This document shows positions 1 to 10,840 of a stretch of 64,000 bases of DNA, piece by piece. This DNA is from Octopus vulgaris. Taxonomy: Eukaryota. The DNA is taken from assembly GCA_951406725.2 (NCBI GenBank), contig OX597841.1, positions 1,922,001-1,986,000 on the forward strand, in the 5' to 3' direction. Every line of letters begins with the position of its first letter. Position 1 is the stretch's first letter. The translations under genes and the position numbers were made by a program. The notes beneath the pieces are model-generated. The model was not told the DNA's origin and ran no database searches. It saw nothing but the letters and a program-made list of their open reading frames with translations.

Positions 1-220
1 TAAAGCTTATGTTCATTTCAAAAAAAAAATTATAATTGACAAATAAGGATTTCCCAAATATTCTAATATCTTAGTGGAAGATTATGTTTATGCATTTGTG
101 TTGCAAGAGTCCTGATGTGAAATCATGTGTTTGAAAAAGACGTTATATTTTGGGATGGTCTTTTTTCTTCCCCCATCCCATCCTCACCCAAAATATAACA
201 ATAATTTAGTGGAAGAGTTT

Positions 221-978
221 GTCTTAAACAAGAGCAGATTTGCAAACAACAAGATGAAAATTCAATGATTTCCAACATATTTCGTCAAGATACAACATCC
301 TGCAATGTATATATCATGATAGACAAACTTAGATTTAACAGAAACAGATTTCAGATTAATCATGTTCCACTGTTTAAAGTCTTTCTGTTTGCATGTATTT
401 CATCATCATCATCACCGTTTAATGTCCATTCTCCATGCTGGCATGGGTTGGACGGTTCAACTGGGGTCTGGGAAGCCAGAAGGCTGCACCAGGACCAGTC
501 TGATCTGGCAGTGTTTCTACAGCTAGATGCCCTTCCTAACGCCAACCACTCTGAGAGTGTACTGGGTGCTTCTTATGTGCCACCTGCACAGGTGCCAGAC
601 GAGGCTGGCAAACGGCCACGGTCGGATGGTGCTTTTTACGTGCCAGCGACACGGAGGCCAGTTGTGTCTTTTTAAGTTTCTGTTCGTCCCAAAAGATTTC
701 CCACAGATATCACAAGGATGAGGTTTGTCTTAAACAAGAGCAGATTTGCAAACAACAAGATGAACATTCAATGAAATGATTTCCAACATATTTCATCAAG
801 ATACAACATCCTGCAATGTATATATCATGATAGACAAACTTAGATTTGAAAGAAACAGATTTCAGATTAATCATGTTCCACTGTTTAAAGTCTTTCTGTT
901 TGCATGTATTTGTTTGTGTCTTTTTAAGTTTCTGTTCGTCCCAAAAGATTTCCCACAGATATCACAAGGATGAGGTTT
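221..978. repeat. Tandem duplication (~250 bp) of the ZNF-1 last finger, stop and 3'UTR
   Basis: 221-400 plus 662-726 matches 727-978; the left copy is interrupted by an element at 401-661. Confidence 0.9.
401..661 (-). mobile_element. (GAT)n-tailed non-autonomous retroelement (probably RTE-dependent)
   Basis: catcatcatc tail plus the conserved body gatgcccttcctaacgccaaccact. Further copies at about 6994-7283, 27665-28087(+), 28789-29418 (two), 50128-50428, 50990-51325, 53642-53985 and 60772-61653(+). Confidence 0.85.
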
Positions 979-2292
979 TTCTCCAGTGTGACTTCGAACG
1001 TGACTGACAAGATTAGAATTATCAGAGAATGTCTTCTCACATACTTCACATCTAAAGGGTTTTTCCCCAGTATGAATTCTTCTATGTTTCTTTAAATCAC
1101 TGTTAGAAACAAAACATTTCCCACAGATTTCACAACGAAAGGCTTTCTCCCCATTATGTATCTTCTTATGTCTGTTTAAAGTACTATTAGAGACAAAATA
1201 CTTCTCACAAATTTCACAGTTAAATAGTTTTTCTCCAGAATGCATCATCATGTGCTTCTTCAAGTGACCATTAGTAATAAACGATTTTCCGCACTTTCCA
1301 CAATAACACAGATTTTCTCCCGTGTGGATTCGTCTGTGAGACGTAAAATCACTTTTAGCAACAAAATTCTTCCCACATATTTCGCACTGCCACGGTTTCT
1401 CCCCAGTATGCACTGATTTGTGCGTATCTAAGCAGCTATATTTCGCAAAAGCTTTTCCACATATTTCACAGTGCCAAGGTTTCTCTCCAGAATGTGTCAT
1501 TTTGTGAACAATTAGATTCGATTTCTGAACGAAATTTTTCCCACATATTTCACAGAGGTAAGGTTTTTCTCCCGTATGTATCCGTTCGTGTGTTGATAAA
1601 TTACTCTTCTTCATAAAACATTTGCCACAAATGTCACAATGAAACGGTTTCTCTCCCGTGTGACTACGTTTATGTACAGTCAACTTACATTTCTGATTGA
1701 AACATTCTCCGCAAATTTCACAGTCATAGGACTTATCTCCAGTGTGTAGTTGTTTATGGACTACAAGACAAGAATTACCAGAGTAAGATTTTCCGCACAT
1801 TTCACACTGAAACGGTTTTTCTCCAGTGTGACTACGTTTGTGGAAAACAAGATTAGAATTATTTATAAAAGACTTTCCGCATATTTCACAGTGGAAGGGT
1901 TTATCTCCAGTATGTATTCGTTTGTGTGTGATTAAATTACTCTTGTTGACAAAACATTTCCCGCATATGTCACAACGAAACGGCTTCTCTGCAGTGTGAC
2001 CACGTTTATGCACGGTCAGCTTCCATTTCTGATGGAAACATTTTCCACATATTTCACAGTGGTAAGTCTTATCTCCAGAGTGTATTTCTTCATGCTTCAA
2101 AAGTTCATGTTCTGAAGAGAATGTCTTCCGACAAACATCATGTCTATATTCAGCAATATTTCCCTGTAACGATCTTTCATTAGTAAATGTTTCACTAAAA
2201 ACAGGTTTCTCATCCCCGTCTGTTCCACTAAATGTTTCTATATCGCTAAAAACAGCTGTGTTTGAAGTATCAAAATGATCACTGTTCTCCAT
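871..2292 (-). CDS. C2H2 zinc-finger protein (ZNF-1), 473 aa, 14 canonical fingers plus 1 degenerate finger, single coding exon
   Basis: Uninterrupted ORF with tandem CxxC-x12-HxxxH units and TGEKP linkers; acidic N-terminal leader; no KRAB, BTB or SCAN domain visible; upstream acceptor ccctattttacag near 2519 on the - strand. Confidence 0.93.
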   Translation of the reverse strand: MENSDHFDTSNTAVFSDIETFSGTDGDEKPVFSETFTNERSLQGNIAEYRHDVCRKTFSSEHELLKHEEIHSGDKTYHCEICGKCFHQKWKLTVHKRGHTAEKPFRCDICGKCFVNKSNLITHKRIHTGDKPFHCEICGKSFINNSNLVFHKRSHTGEKPFQCEMCGKSYSGNSCLVVHKQLHTGDKSYDCEICGECFNQKCKLTVHKRSHTGEKPFHCDICGKCFMKKSNLSTHERIHTGEKPYLCEICGKNFVQKSNLIVHKMTHSGEKPWHCEICGKAFAKYSCLDTHKSVHTGEKPWQCEICGKNFVAKSDFTSHRRIHTGENLCYCGKCGKSFITNGHLKKHMMMHSGEKLFNCEICEKYFVSNSTLNRHKKIHNGEKAFRCEICGKCFVSNSDLKKHRRIHTGEKPFRCEVCEKTFSDNSNLVSHVRSHTGEKPHPCDICGKSFGTNRNLKRHKQIHANRKTLNSGT

Positions 2293-3075
2293 ATCAATTC
2301 TTGGGGAATTCTTTAAAAATTGACAAATGTCCGTGCGTTAATCTGTTATGGTTCGGTTTCTTGTCTTAAGATATCACAGTCCTCCGTTTACAAGTGTGGA
2401 ACAGATGCAATGTAGATATATTTTCTACTCACCAGTGGAATGTTTGATATAAAGTCCAAATGAAAAGTGAGGAAAGTTCATTAATTAGTTGTAGATTAAA
2501 AGCCATTTCCCGCTGCCCTGTAAAATAGGGAACAACCAATTAACGATGTAAGCTGCGATGAAATGCAATATTTAATCCTGAAGGTGATCGAACACCAACT
2601 CCGAAACATGTAGGTTGCCCCATCTTATTAACAAACATTAACGTTCCTCTTAACAAGAGATAATAATAACAACGTGTGATATAATTAATATAATTAAGAG
2701 CCATTCGTCGGTGCCGTTGATAAATATTCCCCTTGTTTTTGAATGACACCGGTGACGTGTATCAAAAGGTGATGAATTTAATCCGGCAAAATCTTCTCTT
2801 GACGAAGGAGATGCTTCGTTAATCACCGATTAACTACAGCTGGCCGGACATTCTGCCTGGCACACCAAACGAGAAATTACATCGAATCTATTCAGTGGTG
2901 CGATCCGCCTGATGTTGAGCCATGTCTCATGCGGCCCGGTTTTCGAAAAGTTTGCCCATGCCTACATTATATGTAGTCGCTGGATCTGCTGAAAGAGCAA
3001 CTACACTCCCTTCGATCAACACCCTATTGTTGTCTTAAAAGATAAGAGGAATATAGTCCAAGATATACAAAACAA

Positions 3076-3287
3076 GTAGCACGCCGGGCGAAATGCGTAG
3101 CCGTATTTCGTCTGCCGTTACGTTCCGAGTTCAAATTCCGCCGAGGTTGACTTTGTCTTTCATCCTTTCGGGGGCGATAAATTAAGTACCAGTTGCACAC
3201 TGAGGATCGATGTAATCGACTTAATCCGTTTGTCTGTCCTTGTTTGTCCCCTCTATGTTTAGCTCCTTGTGGGTAATAAAGAAACAG
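3076..3287 (+). mobile_element. SINE family B (tRNA-like head, Meta/Sauria-type central domain), 5' truncated
   Basis: gagttcaaattcc B-box followed by gactttgtctttcatcctttcggggg; many copies in the window. Confidence 0.8.
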
Positions 3288-4067
3288 ATATACATTACAA
3301 GGAACGGTCCCGGTTGGAACTTATTTGATTACATACATATATACATATAGAGAGTGGGGGAAAATGAGGTGTTATTACTGCATTTTTTATGTTGAGACAA
3401 AATATATTTTTTACAAATGTTCGCTACTTTAAAAAAAACTATATCAGCTAAGCAAACGGTTTTCTCTAAATGCATTAAAAGCATTATAACACATAATCTA
3501 ATCATTATTATCAGAATATTATATTCTGTTCTCTTTGAGCATATAAAAGACAGATTTCACTGGGGCAAAATGAGTAAGACAATATATTGTAAATTTGCAG
3601 CTTCAATTCTCTAGAAAACAGACTCATACACCTCAATATCAATCCCTAGACATCAGAAAGATAAGAAATGTAAAAAAAAAAAAAAAAATTTGCTATCTTG
3701 GTCAAATGAAAAAGGATCAGGGGAAAATAGCATGATATGAAATTAACCGCAAATGCAAAATATAAGTTAGTCCTGGAGCGAGCAATGTTCCTGAAGGTCA
3801 ACAATATTTGTGTGTAGAAAGAAGACTGTCATATATATGTGTATATTTGTGTGTGTGTTTGTACCCCCACCATTGCTTGACAACCGATGTTACTGTGTTT
3901 ACGTTCCCATAAATTAGCGGTTGGGCAAAAGACACTGATAGAATAAGTACTAGGCTTATAAAGAATATATCACACAGTCGATTTGTTTGGATAAAGGCAG
4001 TGCTCCAGCATGGCCGCAGTCACATGATTGAAACAAGTAAAACAATAAAAAACTATGCCATTTTAAT

Positions 4068-4095
4068 CCCGAGCAAGGCCAGGTATATCTGCTAG
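4068..4095 (+). mobile_element. Possible Helitron-like 3' terminus
   Basis: Short imperfect GC hairpin cccgagcaaggccagg followed about 10 nt later by CTAG|T. Confidence 0.35.
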
Positions 4096-4375
4096 TTTAT
4101 ATATATATATTTTTTTTTTTTCGGGATTAAATATAAAAGACAACAAAAGGAAAAACGACCCACCTATATCATAAAAATAAAAAAAAAACGTAGTAAATAA
4201 ATAAACGAACATATACTAAATACACAGGTGGACAGAAAACATAGGTCGCCAATTCTTCATCAGTTATCAGCCAGAGGGGTCAAATGCAATTCCAGCCATC
4301 ATATATATATATATATATATGCGTTTATATATTTGTTGTGCAAGATTTTTTATGTGAAGTCGTGTGTTGAAACAG

Positions 4376-4553
4376 ATATTGTTGTATTTAGGAATGGTCA
4401 TTTTGCCAGTTTAGACGAAAGAACTCTGGCCGAAATAAGATTAAGATTAATGTAAAAAATAAATAACACTGAAGCAAAGTAACACTAAATATATAGTGCG
4501 GGTGTTTTTATTGGCTAAACTGGCAAAATGACCATTCCTAAATACAACAATAT
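4376..4553. repeat. 39-bp perfect inverted repeat (MITE or fold-back)
   Basis: atattgttgtatttaggaatggtcattttgccagtttag at 4376-4414 and its reverse complement at 4515-4553. Confidence 0.8.
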
Positions 4554-4599
4554 ATACATATACATACATACATATATATATATACACACCTAAGATGTT

Positions 4600-4930
4600 C
4601 AGAAAACAGATTCTATCACATGTCAGGGGAAGAAACTAGAAGTAGTTGATAGCTTCTGCTACCTAGATGATCAAGTTCTGAGAGCATTGCCACAAGAATA
4701 AGAATAGCCTGGGCAAAGTTCAGAAAGCTCCTACCACTGCTGGTGACAATGGGCCTCTCGCTCAGAATGAAAGGTAGATTGTATGATGCATGTGTGCGAA
4801 CTGCCATGCCACACAGCAGTGAAACATGGGCCATGACCGTTGAGGACATATGTAGACTTGAAAGAAATGAAGCTAGTATGATCTGCTAGATGTGTAATGT
4901 CAGTATGCACACACAACAGAGTGTAAGCGC
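4600..4930 (+). mobile_element. RTE LINE fragment (post-RT region)
   Basis: Translates to DSFCYL...RIRIAWAKFRKLLPLLVTMGLSLRMKGRLYDACVRTAM...SETWA; similar fragment at about 42650-42920. Confidence 0.8.
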
Positions 4931-4931
4931 C

Positions 4932-5543
4932 CGGTGACTCTCGGCTCAGTGGTTGGATGCCAACAAAGCCCCACGGCACTTCCCGAAGGCAAAGTTGCTC
5001 TAAAAGAAGGTCACGGTGACTGTTTGGTGGTCTGTGGCTGGTCTCATCCATCATAGCTTTTTGGATCCAGGCAAAACCATTACGGCGGAGAAGTACTGTC
5101 AGCAAATGGATGAAATGCATAAGAAACTCTGACAACAGCAGCCATCATTGGTCAGTAGAAAAGGACCAATTCTTCTTCACAACAACGTTCGGCTGCACGT
5201 CGCACAACTCACCCTGCAGAAGTTGAACGAATTGGTCTATGAAACTCTGCCTCATCCGCCATACTCACCAGACCTCTCGCCTACCGACGACCACTTTTTC
5301 AAGCATCTCGACAACTTCCTAAGTGAGAAATGCTTCAAAAACCAAGACGATGCCAAACATGCCTTCATCACCACCAGAACACAGGATTTTTATGCTACCG
5401 GCATAAATAAACTTGTTTTGTGTTGGCAAAAGTGTGTTGATTCTGATGGTGTTTATTTTGATTAATAAAGTTTTGTTTGAGCTGAGATGTGAGCATCTGA
5501 ATTTAAAGGTTAAAAACCGCAAGAACTTTCATGACAACCAAAT
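4932..5543 (+). mobile_element. Mariner (Hsmar1/cecropia-like) transposase 3' relic with terminal repeat
   Basis: KKVTVTVWWS...TITAEKYCQQ...ILLHNN...HPPYSPDLSPTD with in-frame stops; TIR-like end aaaaccgcaagaactttcatgacaaccaaata. Confidence 0.88.
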
Positions 5544-5689
5544 AGTTTTTGTTCCAAACATCAGCTAATTAAAAACAACAAAGTTATTTTACTAAATGCT
5601 TTATCATTTTCAAAATTCACTGAAACATTTTATTTCAACATAAATATGGTAACAAAAAGGGTTTCTTTGTGATTTACAGAACTACAATT

Positions 5690-5865
5690 CAGAGAATCAT
5701 TTTCAACATATCTCAAAATGACAATTTCTATCTCCAGTCTGTATTCACTTGTTGAGAATTCAGGTGTAGACTTTCTATACATAGAACAATTCACCACATA
5801 TTTCACATTGAAAATACTGTAAACCTTTTGGACCAGTGTTTATCTACTCTTGTGTTTTTCTCCAT
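5690..5865 (-). pseudogene. Degenerate zinc-finger relic downstream of ZNF-2
   Basis: Minus strand reads FQCEICGELF and TGDRNCHFEIC with stops and frameshifts. Confidence 0.5.
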
Positions 5866-7290
5866 CACAACATATGAATGAGAAAGGAAGGGGTGATGGC
5901 AAACTGATAGTGGGATGATGGAAATTCTATGGTGAAATCAAGCAACATTGCAACTCTGTGTGAGTGTATGTCTGTGTATGTAAAAGGGAGGTATGTGAAT
6001 GTTTGTGTGTGTGTGCAATGGGATGGTGAACATTCAATGCTGAACATTCAATGCTGAAAAGAAAACTCAAACAGCATTTCAACTCTGTGAGTATATGTAT
6101 GTGTGTGTGTGCAAGTACAAGTGAACTATGTGAATGCTTGTATGTGTGAACCAGCATTCTTTTAGTAACAAACGATGATCAATGTCACATCTCAAAAGAC
6201 AACCACCAGATGACATTGACAAGTGTATTAATTTGATTTACCATCCATATTCAATCTGTTTTGCTAAAAATAATTATTACAATCACAAACACCTATACAA
6301 ACTCATAAGAGAAAATAATTATTGCCTGAGTATATCAAGAATATAAAACAACTGCAGTTGAAAGGTATATTATAAATTTGGTAATAAAAGAATTATTAAA
6401 CTAAAACTTGGTTTTGTACCTTATTTATATATAAAATACTACAATTAGCCACCATGGGGTCAACTAGTTCATTTATAAACAACAACTTTATAATTCATGT
6501 ATATGGATTTCTCAAATATATTAATGAAATATTTTCTCTTTGTCATTTCTTTCCTTCCTTTCTATAAAAAGAAAGAAACCAATTAATTTCAACTCTAAAT
6601 GACCATAGATGGACTAGTTTAAAGATATAAGACAAAACAAAAAACATTATCTTGAATTAATCTGAATGTTAAAAGGTTAATAAAGGTAAAATTGGACCAT
6701 CCATAGATATTTTGATAACAATAATGGAACTTATGATAAAACAGGGATGCTTTCCTCTTTTGCCTTCCACTGGGAAAAAACAAAAACTTTCCAACATAAA
6801 AACTATTCTCTCTCCTGAAGTACATATATTCTCCCTTCCTCTCTCTCTTACTGCCATACTAGCAAGTCCAGCAAGCAACAAACATGTAGATTTAATCAAA
6901 TAGTCTCTCTTAAAGAAAGACAAGAACACAAGGAGAATGACTTCCAACGTACTTTATGAAGATAAAATGTTTGTCCCTTGGCTATCTATAAAATCATCAT
7001 CATCGTTTAACGTCCGTTTTCCATGCTAGCATGGGTTGGACAGTTCAACTGGGGTCTGGAAGCCAGGAGGCTGCGCCAGGCTCAGTCTGATCTACAGCTG
7101 GATGCCCTTCCTAACGCCAACCACTCTGTGAGTGTAGTGGTGCTTTTTATGTGCCACCGGCACAGGGGCCAGATGAGGCTGGCAACGGCCACAATCGGAT
7201 GGTGCTTTTTACGTGCCACCAGCACGGAGGCCAGTCGGGGCGACGCTGGCAACAGCCACGTTCGGATGGTTCTCTTATGTGCCTTTAAAA

Positions 7291-8904
7291 TTAGTCCAAA
7301 TGGTTCATTCCAGGATGCGTTTTCTTGTGCGTTTTCAAGACACTGTTAGTGCGAAAAGATTTTCCACATATATCGCAATTGAAAAGTCTTTCTCCACTGT
7401 GAATACGTTTGTGAACAACAAGACTGAAATCACGGGTAAAACATTTCCCACAGGTTTCACAGTGGAAAGGTCTTTCTCCCGTGTGTGTTTGTTTGTGCTT
7501 TATCAAATTGCTATTATCAATAAAACTTTTCCCACATGTTTCGCAGTAAAAAGAGTTTTCTCCTGTGTGACAACGTATGTGTTTTGTCAAATAGCTATTA
7601 TCAACATAAGATTTCCCACAAATTTCACAGTGGAAAGGTTTCTCTCCAGTGTGAATACGTTTGTGGATAACAAGACTTGTACTGACAGTGAAGGACTTCC
7701 CACATATATTACAAGAATATGGTTTTTCTCCAGCATGTCTACGCATGTGGACTGCAAGAGAAGAATTGTCAGAGAAGAATTTACCACACACTTCACAATG
7801 ATAAGGTTTTTCTCCAGAATGAGTCCTCTTGTGCCTGTTTAAATTATATTGATGTAGAAAAGATTTACTACATATATCACAATGATATGGTTTTTCCCCA
7901 GTATGTGTTTTGTTATGCAAATTTAAATGACTTTTAGAAATAAAACATTTCCCACAGATTTCACAACGAAAGGGTTTTTCCCCCGTGTGAGTTTTGTTGT
8001 GCCTGTCTAAACAATTTTTAGTAAAAAACGATTTCCCGCAAATCTCACAGTGGAAGGGTTGTTTTCCACTGTGACTACGTTTGTGGGATACAAGATGAAA
8101 GTTTTTAATGAAATGCTTTCCACAAATCTCACAGTGGAAGGGTTCCTCCTCAGTGTGTATTCGTTTATGATTTACAAGACATGAATTATTGATAAAGGAT
8201 TTTCCACAAATTTCACAAGAAAAGAGTTTTTCTTCAGCGTGTGTCCGTTTGTGTCTTGTCAAATAACTATTACAAAGAAAAGATTTCCCACAAATTTCAC
8301 AGTGGAAAGGCTTCTCTCCAGTGTGGATACGTTTGTGAATAACAAGACTCCCACCAACAGAGAATGATTTCCCACAAATATTACAAGAATATGGTTTTTC
8401 TCCAGTGTGACTACGCTTGTGGACTACAAGATGAGAACTGTCAGAGAAGGATTTCCCACACACTTCACAATGATATGGTTTTTCTCCAGAATGAGTTCTC
8501 TTGTGTCTGTTTAAATCATATTTAAAAAGAAAACATTTCTCACAAATTTCACAGTGGAAAGGTTTTTCTCCAGTATGTCCTTTGTTATGTCTGTTCAAAT
8601 CATGTTTCGAAAGAAACGATTTTTCACATATCTCACAGTGATAGGATCGTCCTCCAGTATGACTACGTATGTGGGATACAAGAAGAGGCTTCTTCATGAA
8701 ACATTTACCACATATTTCACAGTGGAACGGCCTCTTATTCTGGTGTATTTCTTTATGCTTCAAAACTTCATGTTCTGATGATAAAGTTTTCTTACAAATA
8801 TCACATCTATATTCAGTAATATTCCCCTGCAACGATCTTCCTTTAGAAAATGTTTCGTTATGCACAGCTTCCTCATTTCTGCCCGTCTGTGCAACGTTCT
8901 CCAT
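7291..8904 (-). CDS. C2H2 zinc-finger protein (ZNF-2), about 537 aa, 18 fingers
   Basis: ORF with 18 tandem C2H2 fingers. First ATG is at 8904 (MENVAQ...); the track start at 8916 is a TTG. Upstream acceptor cttttcttgtttacag near 9180 on the - strand. Confidence 0.93.
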   Translation of the reverse strand: MENVAQTGRNEEAVHNETFSKGRSLQGNITEYRCDICKKTLSSEHEVLKHKEIHQNKRPFHCEICGKCFMKKPLLVSHIRSHTGGRSYHCEICEKSFLSKHDLNRHNKGHTGEKPFHCEICEKCFLFKYDLNRHKRTHSGEKPYHCEVCGKSFSDSSHLVVHKRSHTGEKPYSCNICGKSFSVGGSLVIHKRIHTGEKPFHCEICGKSFLCNSYLTRHKRTHAEEKLFSCEICGKSFINNSCLVNHKRIHTEEEPFHCEICGKHFIKNFHLVSHKRSHSGKQPFHCEICGKSFFTKNCLDRHNKTHTGEKPFRCEICGKCFISKSHLNLHNKTHTGEKPYHCDICSKSFLHQYNLNRHKRTHSGEKPYHCEVCGKFFSDNSSLAVHMRRHAGEKPYSCNICGKSFTVSTSLVIHKRIHTGEKPFHCEICGKSYVDNSYLTKHIRCHTGENSFYCETCGKSFIDNSNLIKHKQTHTGERPFHCETCGKCFTRDFSLVVHKRIHSGERLFNCDICGKSFRTNSVLKTHKKTHPGMNHLD

Positions 8905-10840
8905 ATTAATCCTCAAGGAATTCTCAAAAGCTGAAAAATGTCTTTAGATATAATCTACCGTCGCTCACTTCGTCCTTTTCGATATTGCAGATCTCTGCTT
9001 ACATGTGCGGAATATTTCCAAGGTAGATACATTTTTCTACTCACTGCTAGACTGTTTCTTACTGACTAATTCACAATTTAATTATTCTGTAGTCCATAAA
9101 ATATAGAGCATCCATATACGATTGGTAACAAACGTTCTTATGAGATTGGTATTATTCTACAAGTTACAGTGGAGAGATCTGTAAACAAGAAAAGGTACGA
9201 CAGTGTAAAATCGATGTAGGAGAAAGAAAATGTGTGTATTTTCAGTCTTAATAAATCGGGAAAGTTTATCACGCATAGAAGTGAACAATGTTGTTCCAAG
9301 GCGACAATCGAAGGAACAAGTTCTTCTGACTTAAAGAGGAACAGAAAAATTAAGAATGATCAGAGTGAAGATAATTACAATATATGATATAAGTAGATTA
9401 ATTAGCTGAAATATTTACAAACAGATACAATTTTTCCCTGTTTCAATGACACCGGTGATAGTTGTAAAGTGTCCCTAACATAATTTATTACGTTCAAATA
9501 CTGCTGAAATCATTAAATTATTTTGTTCATTTTTTTGTCTTTTTCTATTTTGAGAATTGTTTTTACTTTCATTTTTTTTTCTTTTATAAGATTTTGCTGG
9601 CAAATTCTTAAATTAACATAAACATTTTTATTTACATGAAAGAAAATTACCAGAGAATTTTTTTTTATTCACGATGGCTCGATACAAGGAGCATATTAAC
9701 ATAAAGTGAAGGTGCATGGCTCAGTGGTTAAATCATGAGGTAGTGAGTTCGATTCCCAGACTGGTCTGTGTGTTGTGTTCTTCAGCAAGACCATTTATTT
9801 CATTTGTTCTATTTCACTCAGCTGTAGAAATGTGTTGCGACGTTACTGGTGCCAAGCTGTATCGACCGTTGCCTTTCCCGTGGACAACATAAGTGGCGTA
9901 GTGAGGGGAGACTGGTATACATGGGGGCGGGTGCTGGTCTTCCATAAACAACCCTGCCCGGACTTGCACCTCTGAGGGCAACTTTGGATCTTTCTAGGTG
10001 CAATCTCATGGTCATTCATGATCAATGTGGGTCTTTATCAATATAAAATGAAGCTGTTTCTGAATATATCAAATTATGTTAGGAACACTTTACACCTGTC
10101 ACCGGTGTCATTCAAACGAAGCAGAAAAGCTTTGAACGACACCGCCTTCTGAATATGTTTGTAGCTAATTAATCTAATTATATCATGTATTGTAATTATC
10201 TCGTATTAATTAACCAGTAACTAATTATTATCTTTTACTCTGATCCTTCTTAATTTTTCTGTTCCTCTTCAAGTCAGAAAGACTCTTTCCTTCGATTGTC
10301 ACCTCAGAACAACATTGTTCACTTTACATCGATCTTACACTACTATACCTTCTCTTATTTACAGATGCCCTGACTGATCCCGCCTTTGTAACTTGTAGAA
10401 CGATGCCTATCTCATAAGAATGATTGTTACCACGTGTATATTTATGGACTACAGAACATCATTAAATTGTAAATTAGTCATGAAGGAACATTCTAGCAGT
10501 GAGTAGAAAAATGCATCTACCTTGGAAATATTCCACACATGTAAACAGAGATCTGCAATATCGAAAAGGACGGAGTGAGCGACGGTAGATTATATCTAAA
10601 GACAATTTTCAGCTTTTGAGAATTAATATGGAGACCGTTGCACAGACGGGCAGAAATGAGGAAGCTGTACATAACGAAACATTTTCTAAAGAAAGATCGT
10701 TGCAGGGAAATATTACTGAATATAGATGTGATATTTGTAAGAAAACATTCTCTTCAGAACCTGAAGTCTTGAAGCATACAGAAATACATCAGAAGAAGCG
10801 GCCCTTTCGCTGTGAAATATGTGGTAAATGTTTCATTAAG
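8690..10840. repeat. Inverted segmental duplication (arms about 8690-9485 and 10072-10840) generating the ZNF-2/ZNF-3 head-to-head pair
   Basis: Reverse-complement identity across the 5' CDS, 5'UTR, acceptor and upstream sequence, e.g. tgtaaagtgtccctaacataattt versus aaattatgttaggaacactttaca. Confidence 0.88.
9710..10036 (+). mobile_element. SINE family C (tRNA-derived head) in the spacer of the ZNF inverted pair
   Basis: tggctcagtggtt A-box and gagttcgattccc B-box; copies at about 15725-16270 and 28425-28750(-). Confidence 0.75.

Noticed and set aside
4240-4270. CUGAUGA on the minus strand with an AGAA/UUCU stem as a second hammerhead
   Set aside because: No GAAA box or stem I partner follows. 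The same applies to CUGAUGA at about 57207 and 61564.
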